A stretch of DNA of 64,000 nt, from assembly GCA_964497925.1 (NCBI GenBank), contig CAZCFE010000005.1, forward strand, positions 21,071 through 85,070. The letters run 5' to 3'. Position numbers and translations under genes: made by a program. Positions 1 to 9,443 of the stretch are shown in pieces. Each line of letters starts with the position of its first letter. The stretch's first letter is position 1. A model generated the notes under the pieces. It ran no database searches, had not been told where the DNA came from, and saw only the letters and a list, made by a program, of their open reading frames with translations. This stretch comes from an uncultured Alphaproteobacteria bacterium (GTDB taxonomy: Bacteria; Pseudomonadota; Alphaproteobacteria; CAIYWZ01).

Positions 1-1267
1 AGAAAGTTTATCTGTAGCTCTTTTTAACGCAGGTATCCCACATCAAGTTTTAAACGCAAGATACCATGAGCAGGAAGCTGAAATTATTTCACAAGCAGGA
101 CGTTTGGGAGCTGTAACAATTGCAACAAACATGGCAGGCCGTGGAACAGATATCCAACTTGGCGGGAATTTTGAAGAGCAGTTCAAGAAAGAATTCTCCC
201 CTGACATGAATGAAAAAGAAATTGAATCTTTAAAGAAGCGTTTAATTATTGAGATTGATGAAGCTCGAGAAAAAGTTCGTCAAGCCGGAGGCCTTTATGT
301 TATCGGAACAGAAAGACACGAGAGTCGCCGTATTGACAATCAGTTAAGAGGTCGTGCTGGCCGTCAAGGAGATCCTGGCGCATCTAAGTTTTTCTTATCC
401 CTAGAAGACGATTTAATGCGTATCTTTGGTTCCGAAAGACTTGACAGCATGCTTGTGAAATTAGGTCTTAAAGAAGATGAGGCTATCGTTCATCCTTGGA
501 TTAACTCTGCAATCGAGCGTGCGCAAAAGAAAGTTGAAGCAAGAAATTATGAAATTCGTAAACATTTATTAAAGTTTGATGATGTTATGAATGACCAACG
601 TAAAGTTTCTTATGAAATGCGGATGGACTTAATGACAGCTGTCGATATTCGGGGAACTATGTCTGAGGTTCGCGAAAGCGTAATTTCGCGCATGATTGAC
701 AGATGCATCCCTGAAGAAACCTATTCTGATCAGTGGGATATCGATATTCTTCATGAAGAAATCTTACGTGTTGTTGGAAAAGATTTGCCTGTTCATGAGT
801 GGTGTGATGAAGAAGGTATTGGTCCTCAAGAACTTAAAAGTAAAGTTCTAGCAGCCCTAGAAGAACACATGAGCGAAAAAGACTCTCACTACGGTGAAGA
901 GTTCATGAAAAATGCTGAGAAGACTCTGTATCTTCGTATATTAGATCAAATGTGGAAAGAACACTTGTTGAATCTTGACTTATTAAGACAAGGTATTGGA
1001 TTACGGGCGTACGCGCAAAAGGATCCTCTAAATGAGTATAAGCGTGAGGCATTCTTGTTGTTTCAAGAAATGCTTGCAAAATTGGAAGAAGATGTCATTA
1101 GCTACTTAGGCCATTTACATATTCCAACATCTAGTCCAAATTTTGATCAAACCCCTGGACCTAGCATAGAAACTGACAGCCCAAAAATTAGCGAAGTCTC
1201 AAGAAATGCTGAATGCCCTTGTGGATCAGGGCTTCGTTATAAGCATTGTTGTGGAAAAATAGGATAA
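1..1267 (+). CDS. secA: Preprotein translocase ATPase SecA, C-terminal part (5' end lies outside the window).
   Basis: The reading frame is open from base 2 upstream of the listed TTG. Translation reads ...[35 protein letters not shown]. The C-terminus has the zinc-finger tail [14 protein letters not shown]. Confidence 0.9.
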   Translation, partial: ESLSVALFNAGIPHQVLNARYHEQEAEIISQAGRLGAVTIATNMAGRGTDIQLGGNFEEQFKKEFSPDMNEKEIESLKKRLIIEIDEAREKVRQAGGLYVIGTERHESRRIDNQLRGRAGRQGDPGASKFFLSLEDDLMRIFGSERLDSMLVKLGLKEDEAIVHPWINSAIERAQKKVEARNYEIRKHLLKFDDVMNDQRKVSYEMRMDLMTAVDIRGTMSEVRESVISRMIDRCIPEETYSDQWDIDILHEEILRVVGKDLPVHEWCDEEGIGPQELKSKVLAALEEHMSEKDSHYGEEFMKNAEKTLYLRILDQMWKEHLLNLDLLRQGIGLRAYAQKDPLNEYKREAFLLFQEMLAKLEEDVISYLGHLHIPTSSPNFDQTPGPSIETDSPKISEVSRNAECPCGSGLRYKHCCGKIG

Positions 1268-1271
1268 CATC

Positions 1272-3191
1272 ATGATTAATATTACTTTTCCAGATGGACG
1301 AATTAAAGAATACCCTAGCGGGATATTAGGCAAAGATATTGCGCATGAAATCTCACCAGGCTTATTAAAAAAAACTTTAGTTATTGAGGTTAATGGACAG
1401 CAATGGGATTTGACCAGAGAAATCCACCAAGATTCTCAAATTCGTTTTATCACAATTGATGATGAAGATGGGCTAGAAGTATTAAGACACGATGCTGCGC
1501 ACGTGTTAGCACAAGCAGCAAAAGAGTTGTATCCGGAAATTCAGGTTACAATTGGACCTGCAATTGAAAATGGGTTTTATTACGATTTTTATAGAGAAAT
1601 TCCCTTTACTCCTGAAGATTTAGTTGCTATGGAAAAACGTATGCGTGAAATTGTTGTCCGCAACGAAACAATTACTCGTGAAGTGTGGAATCGAGATAAA
1701 GCAGTCGAATACTTTGCCTCAATAGGTGAGCATTTTAAAGCTGAGATTATATCTTCCATTCCTCAAGATCAAGACATAACCCTTTATCGTCAAGGTGGTT
1801 TTTTAGACCTATGCAGAGGCCCTCATTTGATGTCTACATCAAGACTTGGAAGTGCATTTAAATTGATGAAACTTGCTGGCGCATATTGGAGAGGAGACTC
1901 TAAAAATCCTATGCTGCAGCGTGTATATGGAACTGCCTGGGCAAAACAAGAACAACTTGATACCTATCTTTATCAGCTCGAAGAAGCAGAAAAAAGAGAC
2001 CACCGAAAATTAGGACGTGAAATGGATTTGTTTCACCTTCAAGAAGAGGCGGTAGGTTCTGTTTTTTGGCATGACAAAGGTTGGACAGTTTACAGATTAC
2101 TTCAACAGTATATTCGAGCACGTATAAAACAACAAAACTATATCGAAGTCAATACTCCAGTCTTAGTTGACCGTTCTTTATGGGAAGCTTCTGGCCACTG
2201 GGAAAAATACAGAGATGGGATGTTCATCACACAGACAGAAGATAAAACTCTGGCTGTAAAACCAATGAATTGCCCATGCCATATTCAAATTTTCAAGCAA
2301 GGTTTGAAAAGCTATCGTGATTTACCAATTCGCATGGCAGAGTTTGGGTCTTGTTATCGTAATGAGCCTTCTGGGGCATTACATGGAATTATGCGCGTAA
2401 GATCGTTTGTTCAAGATGACGCACATATCTTCTGCACTCAAGATCAAATCACATCTGAAGTCATAGATTTTTGTCAAATTCTTAAAACAGTTTATAATGA
2501 CTTAGGTTTTGATCAAATCAAAGTCAAATTCTCGCCTCGCCCAGAAGTCAGGGCCGGGGACGATGAAACGTGGGATAAAGCAGAAGAAATGCTGCGTCAA
2601 GCCACAACTGCAGCTGGAATTGAATATAGCTTAAACCCAGGAGAAGGTGCTTTTTATGGACCAAAACTTGAATTTACACTCAAAGATGCTTTGGGCCGTG
2701 AATGGCAGTGCGGGACCCTACAAGTGGACTACATACTTCCCGAGCGCTTAGATGCCAGCTATATTGGCGAAGATGGGAAGAAACATCGTCCCGTAATGCT
2801 GCATCGCGCTATTTTAGGATCGCTTGAAAGATTCATGGGGATGTTGATTGAGCATTATGCAGGAAAATTTCCTTTATGGCTTGCTCCAGTGCAAGTCGTT
2901 ATTGCAACCATTACAGGTGATGCTGATGTTTATGCAAATAAGGTATTGAAAGATTTTCAAGATGCAGGAATCAGGGCGCAAATTGATTTGCGAAATGAAA
3001 AAATTAGCTATAAAGTTCGTGAGCACTCATTACAAAAAGTTCCACTTATCTTTGTAGTTGGAAAAAGTGAAGCCGAAAATAAAACAGTTGCTTTGCGGAG
3101 ACTGGGTGGAGAATCCCAAGAAATCTTAACTTTAAAAGATGCTCTTGTAAAGATTCAAGATGAAGCGAAACCACCAGTGAAATTAATTTAA
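1272..3191 (+). CDS. thrS: Threonyl-tRNA synthetase.
   Basis: 639 aa with an N-terminal TGS domain and a class II aaRS core and anticodon-binding domain. The ATG lies 4 nt after the secA stop. Confidence 0.92.
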   Translation: MINITFPDGRIKEYPSGILGKDIAHEISPGLLKKTLVIEVNGQQWDLTREIHQDSQIRFITIDDEDGLEVLRHDAAHVLAQAAKELYPEIQVTIGPAIENGFYYDFYREIPFTPEDLVAMEKRMREIVVRNETITREVWNRDKAVEYFASIGEHFKAEIISSIPQDQDITLYRQGGFLDLCRGPHLMSTSRLGSAFKLMKLAGAYWRGDSKNPMLQRVYGTAWAKQEQLDTYLYQLEEAEKRDHRKLGREMDLFHLQEEAVGSVFWHDKGWTVYRLLQQYIRARIKQQNYIEVNTPVLVDRSLWEASGHWEKYRDGMFITQTEDKTLAVKPMNCPCHIQIFKQGLKSYRDLPIRMAEFGSCYRNEPSGALHGIMRVRSFVQDDAHIFCTQDQITSEVIDFCQILKTVYNDLGFDQIKVKFSPRPEVRAGDDETWDKAEEMLRQATTAAGIEYSLNPGEGAFYGPKLEFTLKDALGREWQCGTLQVDYILPERLDASYIGEDGKKHRPVMLHRAILGSLERFMGMLIEHYAGKFPLWLAPVQVVIATITGDADVYANKVLKDFQDAGIRAQIDLRNEKISYKVREHSLQKVPLIFVVGKSEAENKTVALRRLGGESQEILTLKDALVKIQDEAKPPVKLI

Positions 3192-3203
3192 AGGAGTAAA
3201 AAC

Positions 3204-3743
3204 ATTACAGTAAAAAATACAAATGATTCTGTCCCATCTAAAGATGGTCCAGCAATCAATAATCAAATCAGAGCTCAAGAAATAAGGCTGATTGATTTTG
3301 AAGGTGAAATGGTTGGGGTTGTGTCTTTAAAAACTGCACTATCTATGGCAGAGACAGCTGGTTTTGATTTGGTGGAAATTTCCCCTCAAGCAGAACCTCC
3401 TGTATGCAAAATCATGGATTACGGTAAGTACCGATACGAAATGCAGAAAAAAAAACATGAAGCTAAAAAAAATCAGAAAATTGTTGAAATAAAAGAAATC
3501 AAACTTCGCCCAACAATTGAAAATAATGATTATTTAGTCAAATTTAAAATGGCTCAAAAATTCTTAGCTGATGGCAATAAAGTGAAAGTCACAATGCGTT
3601 TCAGAGGTCGAGAAATGGCACATCAAGAGTTTGGTATGCGAATTTTTAGCAAATTTCAAGAAGATCTTCAAGATGTTGCAAAAGTTGAACAAGCTCCTAA
3701 ATTTGAAGGCGTTCACGCAGTGATGCTGATTGGTCCAAAATGA
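3204..3743 (+). CDS. infC: Translation initiation factor IF-3, with a probable AUU start codon.
   Basis: The frame is open upstream of the listed ATG at 3309. The extension encodes ...KDGPAINNQIRAQEIRLIDFEGEMVGVV, which matches the E. coli IF3 N-domain ([23 protein letters not shown]). An in-frame ATT sits at 3204, 7 nt after AGGAG (3192-3196), with no in-frame ATG/GTG/TTG. The resulting protein is about 179 aa versus 180 aa in E. coli. Confidence 0.75.
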   Translation: MTVKNTNDSVPSKDGPAINNQIRAQEIRLIDFEGEMVGVVSLKTALSMAETAGFDLVEISPQAEPPVCKIMDYGKYRYEMQKKKHEAKKNQKIVEIKEIKLRPTIENNDYLVKFKMAQKFLADGNKVKVTMRFRGREMAHQEFGMRIFSKFQEDLQDVAKVEQAPKFEGVHAVMLIGPK

Positions 3744-4906
3744 ATATTTTACCTTTTTTGGTGTTCGCTCTTTCAACAATTGTAACCTTGTCGGTTGATA
3801 TTTATCTACCTGCCATTCCTGTGATCAAAGAATACTTTTCATCAGGTGAACACGTGACTCAAATGAGTTTTGGTCTTGGATTTTTGGCTTGTAGCATTGG
3901 AGGCCTTATTTTTGGGCCTTTATCTGACCGCATAGGAAGACGCCCCGTCATTATTGCAACAGCTGGGTTAACAACCTTAGGATGCTTGCTATGCGCATAT
4001 TCAACTTCAATTTACATGTTTAATTTTGCAAGATTTATCCAATGTATTGGTGTTGGAGCAAATTGGGTGTTGGTATATGCCATTTTAGCTGAAAGTTACG
4101 ATGAATCTAAATCTGCAATGATGGTTTCTTATATGGGAACCCTGCACACAGCAACTTATATTATCGCGCCTATCTTGGGGGGGCAAATTACATCATACTT
4201 TGGATGGAAATGGTGTTTTTTATTTGTAGCTTCTTTACTGGGGCCCTTAACATTAGTTGTGATAAGGTTTTTTCCAGAAACAATGCGTGATGAAAATCAT
4301 CATTCTTTAGTAAAAACATACACGCAATTTATTCATATGATCAAAAACCCTTATTTTATGACATTAGGCTTGGTATTAAGCTTAACCATTGGTGCGCTAC
4401 TAGTTCCTTTCTCATCCTTGCCTGAAATTTTTAAAAAATTTGGAATCTATGAATCTTCTTTTGGTCTATTTTTAGGAACAATTCCGGTTGCTGAAACATT
4501 AACCACATTTTTAACAAGACCTTTGTTACGAAAATACGGTCTTGATTTTGTACTCAAGGCTGGTCTTATAACATCACTTCTTGGAGGAATATCTTTCTTT
4601 TTAGTAATTTTATTAGTCCCAAATCCGTACGCAATTATGGCATCTTTGGCATTATTCTCCATGTCACTTCCAATGATGTTTCCACCAGTTATTGCTAAAT
4701 GCCTTAAGGTTTTTCCAAATCAAAAAGGGACAGCTTCTGCACTATTAAGCTCCTTTCGTTATCTTGTGATTGGACTGTGCGCTATTCTTGGTAGTGGAGT
4801 TTACAATGGAACTCTTTTACCATCAGCCATTTGCATGATGTTCATTTCGGCATTAGCAGTCATGATGTGGAAAACCAGCATTAGTAAGGCGCCTGTTCAT
4901 GTCTGA
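3740..4906 (+). CDS. MFS transporter (Bcr/CflA-like drug/H+ antiporter family).
   Basis: 388 aa with about 12 predicted TM helices and the MFS motif SDRIGRRPV after TM2. The ATGA start overlaps the infC stop. Confidence 0.7.
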   Translation: MNILPFLVFALSTIVTLSVDIYLPAIPVIKEYFSSGEHVTQMSFGLGFLACSIGGLIFGPLSDRIGRRPVIIATAGLTTLGCLLCAYSTSIYMFNFARFIQCIGVGANWVLVYAILAESYDESKSAMMVSYMGTLHTATYIIAPILGGQITSYFGWKWCFLFVASLLGPLTLVVIRFFPETMRDENHHSLVKTYTQFIHMIKNPYFMTLGLVLSLTIGALLVPFSSLPEIFKKFGIYESSFGLFLGTIPVAETLTTFLTRPLLRKYGLDFVLKAGLITSLLGGISFFLVILLVPNPYAIMASLALFSMSLPMMFPPVIAKCLKVFPNQKGTASALLSSFRYLVIGLCAILGSGVYNGTLLPSAICMMFISALAVMMWKTSISKAPVHV

Positions 4907-5375
4907 TGATATCGTCTATAAAGAACTTCAAGATCATGAAGAACAATTAGCAGGGGATTTTTTACACACCAATGATGATGGTTTTGCATATCTAGCGCTA
5001 CTTGGAATGGATCAAGATCATGTCTTCACCTTAGGAGCATTTCATCAAGATAAAATCATAGGTCTTTTTCAAGCATCGTGCGTTGAGGAAGACGCAGACA
5101 TCATCACAATTGCAGTTTCCACCGCTTATCGCAGAAAAGGCGTAGCAAAAGAATTATGGGATAAATTTCTAGAATTAAAGCCTCAAATTGAGACTGTCAT
5201 CTTAGAAGTTTCTGTTAAAAATATTCAAGCGGTTTTGTTTTATGAGAAAATTGGCTTCACTGAACATGGATTACGTCACTCTTATTACAAAGATCTCAAA
5301 ACTGGTGAGATAACTGATGCATCTGTGATGGTTTATAATCGATTGGATGATCTTGTTGGCGAAATTGTTTTCTAA
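4899..5375 (+). CDS. GNAT N-acetyltransferase (RimI-like).
   Basis: 158 aa with a GNAT acetyl-CoA binding motif (VSTAYRRKGVAKEL). It overlaps the MFS gene by 8 nt. Confidence 0.55.
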   Translation: MSDDIVYKELQDHEEQLAGDFLHTNDDGFAYLALLGMDQDHVFTLGAFHQDKIIGLFQASCVEEDADIITIAVSTAYRRKGVAKELWDKFLELKPQIETVILEVSVKNIQAVLFYEKIGFTEHGLRHSYYKDLKTGEITDASVMVYNRLDDLVGEIVF

Positions 5376-6456
5376 AAAAATTTACTTCGATCACAACGCC
5401 ACGACCCCTTTTAAAAAAAAGGCTCAGGATGTTTTTATTCAGGCTTTAAGTGATTTTGGAAATCCGTCTTCTATTCACAGCTTTGGTAGAGACATTAAGA
5501 ATAAAATCAATGCGGCAACAAAAAAAATCGGTGATCTTTTAGGCATAGCTCCTTCTAGGATTATTTTTACAAGCGGCGGAACTGAATCAAATAATATGGC
5601 AATGTTTGCACTTTCTGACCCAAAAATAGCCATCTCCCCTTTTGAACACCCATCTATCACCGCAGCAGCAAATAATTCAAGAATAATTCAAATTTCAAAT
5701 TCTGGTTTATTAAATTTGGAATCAATAGATAGTTCTTGTGACTTAATCAGCGTTTGCCTGGCGCATAATGAAACTGGAATCATACAAGATTTAGAAGCTG
5801 TTTTAGACATTGCAAAACATCATGAAATATGTGTTCATACCGATGCCGTCCAAGCATTAGGGCGTATTGAAATTTCACAAAAAATTCTAAGCTCTCATAT
5901 GATCAGTCTATCCTCACATAAGATTGGGGGGCCTTTAGGATTGGGGATATTGATTATTCCGGAAGAACACAAATTCCAACCTCTAATTCAGGGCGGGGGA
6001 CAGCAAAAAGGAATGCGCTCTGGAACTCAAAACTATCCAGCTATTATATCTTTTGCCTGCGCCTTAGAAGAATCCATAAATTCTATTCAGGAATGGGAAA
6101 AAGTAGAAATTCTGCGTAATTATTTGGAAGATGAAATTTTAAAAATTTCCTCTGATACTCAAATAATTGGCAAGAATATGACTCGTCTTCCAAATACATC
6201 CTTATTTTCAATGCCAGGGGTTGATAGCATGACACAAGTTGTTGCTTTTGACCTAGAAAGAATCGCGGTAAGTGCAGGGTCTGCCTGTTCTTCAGGAACA
6301 GTTAGAGAATCTAGCTTACTTAAAACTATGCAAATCCCTCAAAAACATGTAAAATCCATATTAAGATTAAGCTTAGGTCTAGAAAATACAAAGGAAGAGA
6401 TAGATCATTTTATTAAAATTTGGTCTAAAATTTACAATAGCAAAAGGAATATATAA
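5347..6456 (+). CDS. NifS-like cysteine desulfurase (class V aminotransferase), first of a tandem pair.
   Basis: 369 aa with the motifs DHNATTP, FTSGGTESNN and SxHKIGGP (PLP lysine). The N-terminus is uncertain because the ATG overlaps the preceding gene by 29 nt and in-frame TTG codons follow. Confidence 0.75.
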   Translation: MILLAKLFSKKIYFDHNATTPFKKKAQDVFIQALSDFGNPSSIHSFGRDIKNKINAATKKIGDLLGIAPSRIIFTSGGTESNNMAMFALSDPKIAISPFEHPSITAAANNSRIIQISNSGLLNLESIDSSCDLISVCLAHNETGIIQDLEAVLDIAKHHEICVHTDAVQALGRIEISQKILSSHMISLSSHKIGGPLGLGILIIPEEHKFQPLIQGGGQQKGMRSGTQNYPAIISFACALEESINSIQEWEKVEILRNYLEDEILKISSDTQIIGKNMTRLPNTSLFSMPGVDSMTQVVAFDLERIAVSAGSACSSGTVRESSLLKTMQIPQKHVKSILRLSLGLENTKEEIDHFIKIWSKIYNSKRNI

Positions 6457-7701
6457 ATGACAAATCCAATGTACAATACAATTTTTGATGGTATTGACTA
6501 TACATATCTTGATTATCAAGCAACAACCCCCATGGATCCAAGAGTTCTTGATGCAATGCTGCCCTATTTTAATACCCATTTTGGAAATCCACACTCACGT
6601 AACCATATTTATGGCTGGAACGCTGAAAATGCTGTTGAAAAAGCAAGATTTGAGATCGCCAACTTAATTGGAGCCAATCCAAAAGAGGTTATCTTTACCA
6701 GCGGCGCAACAGAATCAAACAATCTTGCTTTAAAAGGAGTTGCAGAGTTCTATGGAGATAAGAAACGCCATATTATCACGACTGTAACAGAACATAAGTG
6801 CGTCCTTGAAGCATGCCGCTATTTAGAAGGAAAAGGTTTTGATGTAACCTATCTTCCAGTCTTAAAATCTGGGTTAATCGATCTTGACCTTCTTGAAAAG
6901 GAAATACGAGAAGATACATTTTTAGTATCAATCATGGCGGTAAACAATGAAATAGGCGTAATTCAACCACTCGAAAAAATTGGGAAATTGTGTAGATCAA
7001 AAGGAGTTTTCTTTCACACCGATGCCGCGCAAGCTTTTGGCAAAATACCATTAGATGTTAAGGCAATGAATATCGATTTGATGAGCATCTCAGGACATAA
7101 AATTTATGGACCTAAAGGAATAGGTGCTCTATACGTTGGGAAACAACCGCGTGTAAGGCTTAAAGCACAAATTCATGGCGGAGATCAAGAACGTGGAATG
7201 CGCTCCGGAACAACAGCAACGCCTCTTTGTGTGGGGCTTGGAAAGGCTGCTGAATTGGCTTTTTCTCAAATGAAATCAGATCATGCTCGTATTCTTGAAT
7301 TACGTAATTACTTTTATCAAAAACTGACAAACAGCCTTGAATCAATAACGCTAAACGGCGATTTTGATGCACGTATAGCAGAGAATTTAAACATTAGCTT
7401 TTCCGGAGTTGAAGGTGAAGGAGTCATGGCAGGCATGAAGTCATTATGTCTTTCTTCAGGATCCGCCTGCACATCTGCCTCATTAGAACCATCGTATGTA
7501 CTGCGCGCACTTGGTGTTGAGGAAGAAATGGCTCACAGTTCACTACGCGTTGGATTTGGACGCTTTACAACAAAAGATGAAGTAGAATTTGCTGCCAATC
7601 TTATTATTGAATCTGTTAAACGTTTGCGTGATATGAGTCCTTTATGGGAAATGATGCAAGAAGGGATCGATCTTAAATCAATCCAATGGTCAGATCATTA
7701 A
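6457..7701 (+). CDS. iscS: Cysteine desulfurase IscS.
   Basis: 414 aa with the motifs [19 protein letters not shown] and the IscS signature [21 protein letters not shown]. Confidence 0.85.
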   Translation: MTNPMYNTIFDGIDYTYLDYQATTPMDPRVLDAMLPYFNTHFGNPHSRNHIYGWNAENAVEKARFEIANLIGANPKEVIFTSGATESNNLALKGVAEFYGDKKRHIITTVTEHKCVLEACRYLEGKGFDVTYLPVLKSGLIDLDLLEKEIREDTFLVSIMAVNNEIGVIQPLEKIGKLCRSKGVFFHTDAAQAFGKIPLDVKAMNIDLMSISGHKIYGPKGIGALYVGKQPRVRLKAQIHGGDQERGMRSGTTATPLCVGLGKAAELAFSQMKSDHARILELRNYFYQKLTNSLESITLNGDFDARIAENLNISFSGVEGEGVMAGMKSLCLSSGSACTSASLEPSYVLRALGVEEEMAHSSLRVGFGRFTTKDEVEFAANLIIESVKRLRDMSPLWEMMQEGIDLKSIQWSDH

Positions 7702-7839
7702 TCACCTTAAATGCAGGCTTGAAAATTAAATATAAAATAATTTTGCTTTTCTCTTGAATTCTTATAAAAATTTTCTTATATGTATTTCAAGAGAAAGGCA
7801 ATAATGCTCTTCTTGACACAATATAAAGGAATCATAACA

Positions 7840-8961
7840 ATGGTAAAGTTGAGCTTAAAAACACTTGCACTTCTTTCTGCTATAATAAACACATCATCTA
7901 TATCTGTTTTTGGGTCTGAACAAGATTCCTTTTTCACACAAGAAAATGGCGGAATTATTTTTCATGAATCCACTTATAAAGCATGTTTGAGCAAAATTAA
8001 CGTGGCTATCGATGGACAAGTAAAAGTTTCTGATGAATATAAAATGCTTGAAACAATAATGAGTCATTCTTTGGGTCAAGTGAGAATTACCTCTAGCAAA
8101 AAACGTACATCCCCATCAGAACAAGAAGAACTAGATGCTGACTCAACAAATAGAAACTTAAATACTTTTAAATCACATTATGGTGAATATCTCACAAAAG
8201 CCGCAATTGAAAACAACGAATCCATATTAAGATATTTATATCCAGGAATCGGGAATGGGTGGGCTACACAAGAGCTTCTCAGCAGTCTTCTTGATAAAAA
8301 TGAGTCTTTTGATACCACTTTATTTAATATTATTCTTGAAGACTTCACTCAAAACGTAATTTCTTCAAATCAAATATTAAGAATCATCAATGAACTTAAT
8401 TATTCAAGTCACTCAGGCGTCAACTATTTTGACAAGTTTTTTAAGCAAGTTCTTGATTTGTTGAATCAAAGAAAAATCGAATTTCTCAGAGTTGAAGAAT
8501 TAATTTTCTCATCAGAACTCGATCATTCCTCAAGTGATGGTGCAAGGCCTACAATACCAACTTTCTCCATAAAACTCGAGGAATTTTCCCCAGGCATGAG
8601 AAGAAACGCGTTTATGATCCCTCATATGAACTCATTCTTCGTAAAAGTCGCAGAGGCCTCTGAAGAGCTACCAGACTCGACTTATGCGGCAAGCGTCTTT
8701 AAAAGAATACCTTTGCTAAACATGGATAGATCTTTGATTTCAAGCCTTAAAACAGCAGGTATTAACGATCTATACTATACTTTTATCTTAGCTCAAATGT
8801 TAACTGGCGCACCAGAGACACAGGAAGTTGATTTCGTGAGGAATTTAGCACAAGATTTAGCAATCGATATTCTTCCTTTTGTTAAAAAGAGACACAAGAA
8901 AGATAACGACATCTCACAAGAGACAATAAACATTCTTACTATGGACAGAAATTCAAAATAA
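7840..8961 (+). CDS. Hypothetical secreted protein (orphan; no recognisable domain).
   Basis: The ORF is 7780..8961. The likely start is the ATG at 7840, preceded by AAGGA and followed by the signal-peptide-like MVKLSLKTLALLSAIINTSSISVFG. It is flanked by AT-rich spacers. Confidence 0.5.
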   Translation: MVKLSLKTLALLSAIINTSSISVFGSEQDSFFTQENGGIIFHESTYKACLSKINVAIDGQVKVSDEYKMLETIMSHSLGQVRITSSKKRTSPSEQEELDADSTNRNLNTFKSHYGEYLTKAAIENNESILRYLYPGIGNGWATQELLSSLLDKNESFDTTLFNIILEDFTQNVISSNQILRIINELNYSSHSGVNYFDKFFKQVLDLLNQRKIEFLRVEELIFSSELDHSSSDGARPTIPTFSIKLEEFSPGMRRNAFMIPHMNSFFVKVAEASEELPDSTYAASVFKRIPLLNMDRSLISSLKTAGINDLYYTFILAQMLTGAPETQEVDFVRNLAQDLAIDILPFVKKRHKKDNDISQETINILTMDRNSK

Positions 8962-9030
8962 TCAATATAAAATTGGTTATCTATCACAGAAAAATTATAG
9001 GCGTGGAAGGTTTTCATGCCTATTTTTCTA

Positions 9031-9059
9031 TTGAGTTCAAACCACGTTCATTGTATAAT
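9031..9059 (+). promoter_or_regulatory. Candidate sigma70-type promoter for the HIT-serS unit.
   Basis: TTGAGT (9031-9036), a 17-nt spacer, then TATAAT (9054-9059) with TG immediately upstream. It lies 34 nt before the HIT start codon. Confidence 0.35.
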
Positions 9060-9092
9060 CAAAGTTCTTAATAATTACCAAAAGGCCTAAAG

Positions 9093-9443
9093 ATGTATGA
9101 TGATAATAACGTGTTTGCCAAAATATTAAAAGACGCTATACCTTGCAAAAAAGTTTACGAGGATGATTTTGCTTTGTCTTTTTATGATGCCTTCCCTAAA
9201 GCACAAACTCATGTATTGGTTATTCCAAAAGGGCCTTATATTTCTTATTGTCATTTCCTAGAAAACGCACAAGAAGAAGACATTCTAGGATTTTACAAAG
9301 CTTTAAAAAAAACTGTAGATATCTTGAATCTAAAAGGCTCAGGTTTTAGGCTTATTTCAAATTCAGGGATCAATGGTTCTCAAGAAGTGCCTCATTTCCA
9401 TGTGCACATTTTAGGCGGCGAAAAACTCAAGCCCATGATTTGA
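9093..9443 (+). CDS. HIT-family nucleotide hydrolase.
   Basis: 116 aa with the histidine-triad motif PHFHVHILGG. Confidence 0.8.
   Translation: MYDDNNVFAKILKDAIPCKKVYEDDFALSFYDAFPKAQTHVLVIPKGPYISYCHFLENAQEEDILGFYKALKKTVDILNLKGSGFRLISNSGINGSQEVPHFHVHILGGEKLKPMI

Noticed and set aside
1909-2121. Many 60-140 aa ORFs in the six-frame track lie antisense to or inside conserved genes. Examples are 1909-2121, 9877-10071, 18159-18569, 32680-33027, 33041-33421, 38051-38266 and 47157-47567.
   Set aside because: They are embedded in strongly conserved housekeeping CDSs on the opposite strand or in a different frame. They have no RBS and no recognisable motifs, so they are typical spurious ORFs.
8962-9030. 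A weak hairpin (TAGGC...GCCTA followed by TTTTTCT) after the orphan secreted-protein gene.
   Set aside because: It has only a 5-bp stem with a 15-nt loop, which is too weak to call a terminator.
9031-9045. A tRNA T-loop-like string GAGTTCAAACC in the HIT upstream spacer.
   Set aside because: No flanking T-stem complementarity, acceptor stem or anticodon arm could be built. I found no tRNA or other structured RNA in any spacer by eye.
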